From Candidatus Karelsulcia muelleri PSPU (GTDB lineage Bacteria; Bacteroidota; Bacteroidia; Flavobacteriales; Blattabacteriaceae), in NCBI RefSeq assembly GCF_000829155.1, contig NZ_AP013293.1, positions 240,001 to 272,000 on the forward strand: a DNA stretch of 32,000 nucleotides, written 5' to 3'. Below, piece after piece: positions 28,721 to 32,000 of the stretch (within the stretch, counting starts at the first letter, position 1; every line of letters starts with the position of its first letter). Both the position numbers and the translations under genes were made by a program. The notes under the pieces were generated by a model. It ran no database searches, was not told the DNA's origin, and worked only from the letters and a program-made list of their open reading frames with translations.

Positions 28721-30202
28721 TTATTTCATTTGAGGAAAAAATAAAACATCTTGTATACATTTGTTATTTGTTAATAACATTATTAACCTATCTATTCCAA
28801 TTCCTATTCCTGCACATGGGGGCATTCCAAATTCTAAAGAACGTATAAAATTACAATCTATTAACATAGCTTCATTATCTCCTTTATTATAGAGTTTAAT
28901 TTGTTCTCTAAATCTTTTTAATTGATCAATAGGATTATTTAATTCAGAATATGAATTTGCTATTTCATTTCCATTAATTATCAATTCAAACCTTTCAGTT
29001 AATCCTTTTTTACTTCTATGTATTTGAGTTAAAGGACTCATTTCTATTGGATGATCCATAATAAATGTAGGATTAATATATTTTTTTTCACATTTTTCAC
29101 TAAAAATTAGATCAATAATTTTACCTTTTCCCATACTATTATCTATTTTTACATTTATTTTTTTACATATTTTAATTATATTTTTTTCATCCATTCCATA
29201 TAAATCATAGCCAGTATTTTCTTTAATTGAATCTAATATTGTTATTTTTTTAAATGGAATATTAAAATTTATAATATTATATCCAATTTTTATAAATTTT
29301 TTATCATGTATTTTTACACATAAAAATTCTAGCATTTTTTCTATAAAAATCATCATCCAAAAATAATCTTTATAAGATACATATAATTCTAAAATAGTAA
29401 ATTCTGTATTATGTATTTTATCTATACCTTCATTTCTAAAATTTCTAGAAAATTCATAAACGGATTCTAATCCTCCTACAATTAATTTTTTTAAAAATAA
29501 TTCATTTGAAATACGTAAATATAATGGTATATTTAGTGCATTATGATGAGTCATAAATGGACGAGCGATAGCCCCTCCAGGGATTGATTGAAGTATAGGA
29601 GTTTCTACTTCTAAATATCCTTTTTTATTTAAAAAATTACGAATATATTGTATTATTTTAGTTCGCTTTCTAAATATAGATTTTGTTTTATCATTAACTA
29701 TTAAATCTAAATATCTCATACGATAACGTTGTTCAGACTCATAAAAAGAGTCATGAACTTTTCCAGTTTCATCTTGTTTAACATGGGGTAAAACACGTAA
29801 ACATTTAGATAATAATTTTATTTTTTTAGCATGTACAGTAGTCTTATTACTTTTAGTTTTAAATAAAAAACCTTTTATTCCTATAATATCTCCAATATCT
29901 AAAAGTTTTTTAAAAAAAAAATCATAATTTTTTATACTATCTCTTTTAAGATAAATCTGTATTATTCCATGTTTATCTTTCATTTCTATAAATGAGGCTT
30001 TTCCCATTATTCTCATTCTAATAATACGTCCAGAAATAATTACATTTTTTCCATATTCATAAAATTTAATCAAATATATTGATGTTGCATTTACATAATA
30101 TTCTTCAGACGGATAAGGATTTATACCCAATTTTATAATTTCATAAAGTTTTTTTCTACGTATTATTTCTTGATCTGATAATTTTATAAAATTTTTATTC
30201 AT
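28721..30202 (-). CDS. lysS: Lysine--tRNA ligase (class II)
   Basis: Class II LysRS pattern: RYRMRYLDLI, FLEVETP.LQ.IPGGA.ARPF.THHNAL, VYE..RNFRNEG.D..HN.EFT.LE.Y and GIGIGIDRL.MLLT. The start was moved to Met31 (ATG at 30202-30200) because the upstream ORF extension reads through the tRNA gene. Confidence 0.95.
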   Translation of the reverse strand: MNKNFIKLSDQEIIRRKKLYEIIKLGINPYPSEEYYVNATSIYLIKFYEYGKNVIISGRIIRMRIMGKASFIEMKDKHGIIQIYLKRDSIKNYDFFFKKLLDIGDIIGIKGFLFKTKSNKTTVHAKKIKLLSKCLRVLPHVKQDETGKVHDSFYESEQRYRMRYLDLIVNDKTKSIFRKRTKIIQYIRNFLNKKGYLEVETPILQSIPGGAIARPFMTHHNALNIPLYLRISNELFLKKLIVGGLESVYEFSRNFRNEGIDKIHNTEFTILELYVSYKDYFWMMIFIEKMLEFLCVKIHDKKFIKIGYNIINFNIPFKKITILDSIKENTGYDLYGMDEKNIIKICKKINVKIDNSMGKGKIIDLIFSEKCEKKYINPTFIMDHPIEMSPLTQIHRSKKGLTERFELIINGNEIANSYSELNNPIDQLKRFREQIKLYNKGDNEAMLIDCNFIRSLEFGMPPCAGIGIGIDRLIMLLTNNKCIQDVLFFPQMK

Positions 30203-30233
30203 AAAATAATTTGAATGATAATATAAACAAAAG

Positions 30234-30307
30234 TGACCTCGAAGGGAGTTGAACCCCCAACCTTCTGATCCGTAGTCAGATGCTCTATCCAATTAAGCTA
30301 CGAGGCC
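30234..30307 (-). tRNA. tRNA-Arg (anticodon ACG), 74 nt, no encoded CCA
   Basis: The minus strand reads GGCCTCGTAGCTTAATTGGATAGAGCATCTGACTACGGATCAGAAGGTTGGGGGTTCAACTCCCTTCGAGGTCA and folds as a cloverleaf. It has a 7-bp acceptor stem, a D arm GCTT/GAGC, an anticodon stem TCTGA/TCAGA with loop CTACGGA, and a T arm GGGGG-TTCAACT-CCCTT. It lies 31 nt upstream of lysS on the same strand. Confidence 0.93.
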
Positions 30308-30393
30308 TACTTTTTATTTAAAAAGTTTTATAAATTATATATATAATTTTTTTTTAAATAAATATATATATTATAAATATTTATTTAAAATAA

Positions 30394-31368
30394 ATGAAAA
30401 AAATTAATAATGATATATATTTAAAATGGTTTAAAGATATGTCATTTTGGAGAAAATTTGAAGATAAATGTAGGTCTTTATACTTAAAACAAAAAATAAG
30501 AGGATTTTTACATTTATACAATGGCCAAGAAGCTATACCTGCAGGTATTGTTCATGCTATGGATCTTAATAAAGATCAAATGATTACTGCTTATAGATGT
30601 CATATTTTACCTCTTGCTATGGGGGTAGACCCTAAAAATATTATGGCTGAATTATTGGGGAAAAATACTGGAACTTCTTATGGAATGGGGGGGTCTATGC
30701 ATATTTTTAGTAAAAAATATCGTTTTTATGGAGGTCATGGAATTGTTGGCGGACAAATTCCTTTAGGAGCAGGAATTGCATTTGCTGATAAATATTTTTC
30801 TCGTGATGCTGTAACATTAACAATTATGGGTGATGGAGCTGTTAATCAAGGATCACTTCATGAAACTTTTAATATGGCCATGATTTGGAAATTACCTGTT
30901 GTGTTTATATGCGAAAATAATAAATATGCAATGGGCACTTCCGTAAAAAGAAGTTCGAATATTAAAGAAATCTATAAAATAGGTTTTTCATATAAAATGC
31001 CATCTTTTTGTGTAGATGGAATGAATCCTATAAAAATATATGAACATGCTTATAATGCCATCTCAAGAGCTAGAAATGGTAATGGTCCTACATTTTTAGA
31101 TATTCGCACTTATAGATATAGAGGTCATTCTATGTCAGATTCAGAATCATATAGGAGTAAAAAAGAAGTAAATGAATATAAAAATAGAGATCCTATTATT
31201 TTAATAAAGAAATATATTTTAGAAAAAAAATTAGTTACAGAAAAAAAATTAAATTCATTTAAAGATGAAATTAATCAAAAAATTGATGAATGTGTTCAAT
31301 TTGCAGAATTGTCAAATTATACAAATGTAAAAAAAATGTATAGTGTAGTTTATAATAAAAAAAATTAA
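30394..31368 (+). CDS. pdhA: Pyruvate dehydrogenase (acetyl-transferring) E1 component, alpha subunit
   Basis: ThDP-binding motif MGDGAVNQG...E..NMA..WKLPV.F.CENN.YAMGTS and YRY.GHSMSD....YR...E, typical of heterotetrameric E1-alpha. Confidence 0.94.
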   Translation: MKKINNDIYLKWFKDMSFWRKFEDKCRSLYLKQKIRGFLHLYNGQEAIPAGIVHAMDLNKDQMITAYRCHILPLAMGVDPKNIMAELLGKNTGTSYGMGGSMHIFSKKYRFYGGHGIVGGQIPLGAGIAFADKYFSRDAVTLTIMGDGAVNQGSLHETFNMAMIWKLPVVFICENNKYAMGTSVKRSSNIKEIYKIGFSYKMPSFCVDGMNPIKIYEHAYNAISRARNGNGPTFLDIRTYRYRGHSMSDSESYRSKKEVNEYKNRDPIILIKKYILEKKLVTEKKLNSFKDEINQKIDECVQFAELSNYTNVKKMYSVVYNKKN

Positions 31369-31391
31369 TTAATTAATAAAATTAAAAAAAT

Positions 31392-32000
31392 ATGGCAGAA
31401 GTTATATTGATGCCTCGTTTAAGCGATACTATGGAAGAAGGTACTGTTGTCAAATGGCATAAAAATATAGGTGATCAAATTTTAGAAGGAGATATTTTAG
31501 CTGAAATCGAAACGGATAAAGCCATTCAGGAATTTGAAGCTGAATATAATTCGACATTACTTTATATTGGAATTAAAGAAGGAGAAAGTGCCCCAGTAAA
31601 TAGTTTATTAGCTATTTTAGGTTCTGAACATGAAGATATTAGTTCTTTGCTAAAAGAAAGAAATGAAAAAAAAATTTTTGTTTCTCCTTTAGCTAAAAAA
31701 ATTGCTTTTGATAAAGGAATCTCATTAGATCAGATTAAAGGCACTGGAAATAATGGACGTATTATAAAAAAAGATATAGAAAAATATTATAAAAAAAATA
31801 AATTAAATTATAATGAAGTTGATCATTCTCATATGAGAAAAATAATTAGTAAAAGATTAATTAATTCTAAAATTGAATCACCTCATTATTCTTTATTTAT
31901 AGAAATAATTATGGATAATTTAATTAAATTAAGAAACTCTCTTAATGAAAAAAAAAATTTAAATAAAATATCTTTTAATGATTTAATTGTGAAAGCTTCA
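31392..32000 (+). CDS. Dihydrolipoamide acetyltransferase (PDH E2), N-terminal 203 codons. It continues beyond the window end.
   Basis: Absent from the ORF track because it is truncated. Hand translation gives MAEVILMPRLSDTMEEGTVVKWHKNIGDQILEGDILAEIETDKAIQEFEAEY... (lipoyl domain with the lipoyl-Lys in ETDKA). This is followed by the E3-binding segment VSPLAKKIAFDKGISLDQIKGTGNNGRIIKKDIE and the start of the catalytic domain. Confidence 0.9.
   Translation, partial: MAEVILMPRLSDTMEEGTVVKWHKNIGDQILEGDILAEIETDKAIQEFEAEYNSTLLYIGIKEGESAPVNSLLAILGSEHEDISSLLKERNEKKIFVSPLAKKIAFDKGISLDQIKGTGNNGRIIKKDIEKYYKKNKLNYNEVDHSHMRKIISKRLINSKIESPHYSLFIEIIMDNLIKLRNSLNEKKNLNKISFNDLIVKAS

Noticed and set aside
30203-30292. 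N-terminal extension of the lysS ORF (MDRASDYGSEGWGFNSLRGHF...)
   Set aside because: This part of the ORF is simply the tRNA-Arg gene (30234-30307) read as protein. The conserved LysRS sequence starts at the ATG at 30202.
31369-31391. Missing E1-beta gene between pdhA and the E2 gene
   Set aside because: As far as I recall, Flavobacteriia normally have pdhA directly followed by the E2 gene, with pdhB encoded elsewhere. This arrangement is probably ancestral rather than a loss.
1-32000. Searched for CRISPR arrays, IS or transposase remnants, integrases, toxin-antitoxin or defence genes, prophage genes, long inverted or direct repeats, and code reassignment
   Set aside because: None was found. 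Every ORF of 70 aa or more is a housekeeping gene or an antisense artefact. All non-coding gaps over 60 nt are accounted for by rnpB, the tRNA-Arg/pdhA region (30203-30393) or featureless AT spacers. TGA clearly terminates rplC, rplN and rplX at their expected C-termini.

Overview
This window is a nearly gap-free stretch (over 90% coding) of an extremely AT-rich genome, under about 20% GC by eye. The genome looks highly reduced. Gene content and order point to a Bacteroidota/Flavobacteriales-type obligate insect endosymbiont in the Sulcia/Blattabacterium/Shikimatogenerans-like clade; I cannot name the species. That placement rests on five observations: a short (~288 aa) sigma-A without region 1.1, rpsL-rpsG-fusA-rpsJ without tuf, a type-B L31, PDH E1-alpha followed directly by E2, and no Shine-Dalgarno motifs. 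The centre (6057-21951, + strand) is one fused str-S10-spc-alpha ribosomal superoperon running from rpsL to rplQ and including secY, infA, rpmJ and rpoA. The left flank (- strand) carries fbaA (partial), nusB, rpoD, pnp, rpsO and ubiE, then rpmE (+). The right flank carries dapF, rsmH, an RNase P RNA absent from the ORF track, a P5C dehydrogenase, mutL, argH, lysS, tRNA-Arg(ACG), pdhA and a partial PDH E2. The genetic code is standard: TGA acts as a stop in ATGA overlaps and Trp is TGG. I found no CRISPR, mobile elements, defence or toxin genes, or unexplained multi-gene cassette, so I do not claim a novel system. The more interesting signals are signs of ongoing functional erosion. The P5C dehydrogenase ORF is intact but its catalytic Cys is replaced. 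MutL has a degenerate endonuclease site. rpmC (L29) and rpmD (L30) have been cleanly excised from the operon. RNase P RNA is compact and tightly packed between genes. Essential genes contain very long poly(A) tracts. Sub-feature coordinates read by hand, such as homopolymer lengths, may be off by 1 nt.
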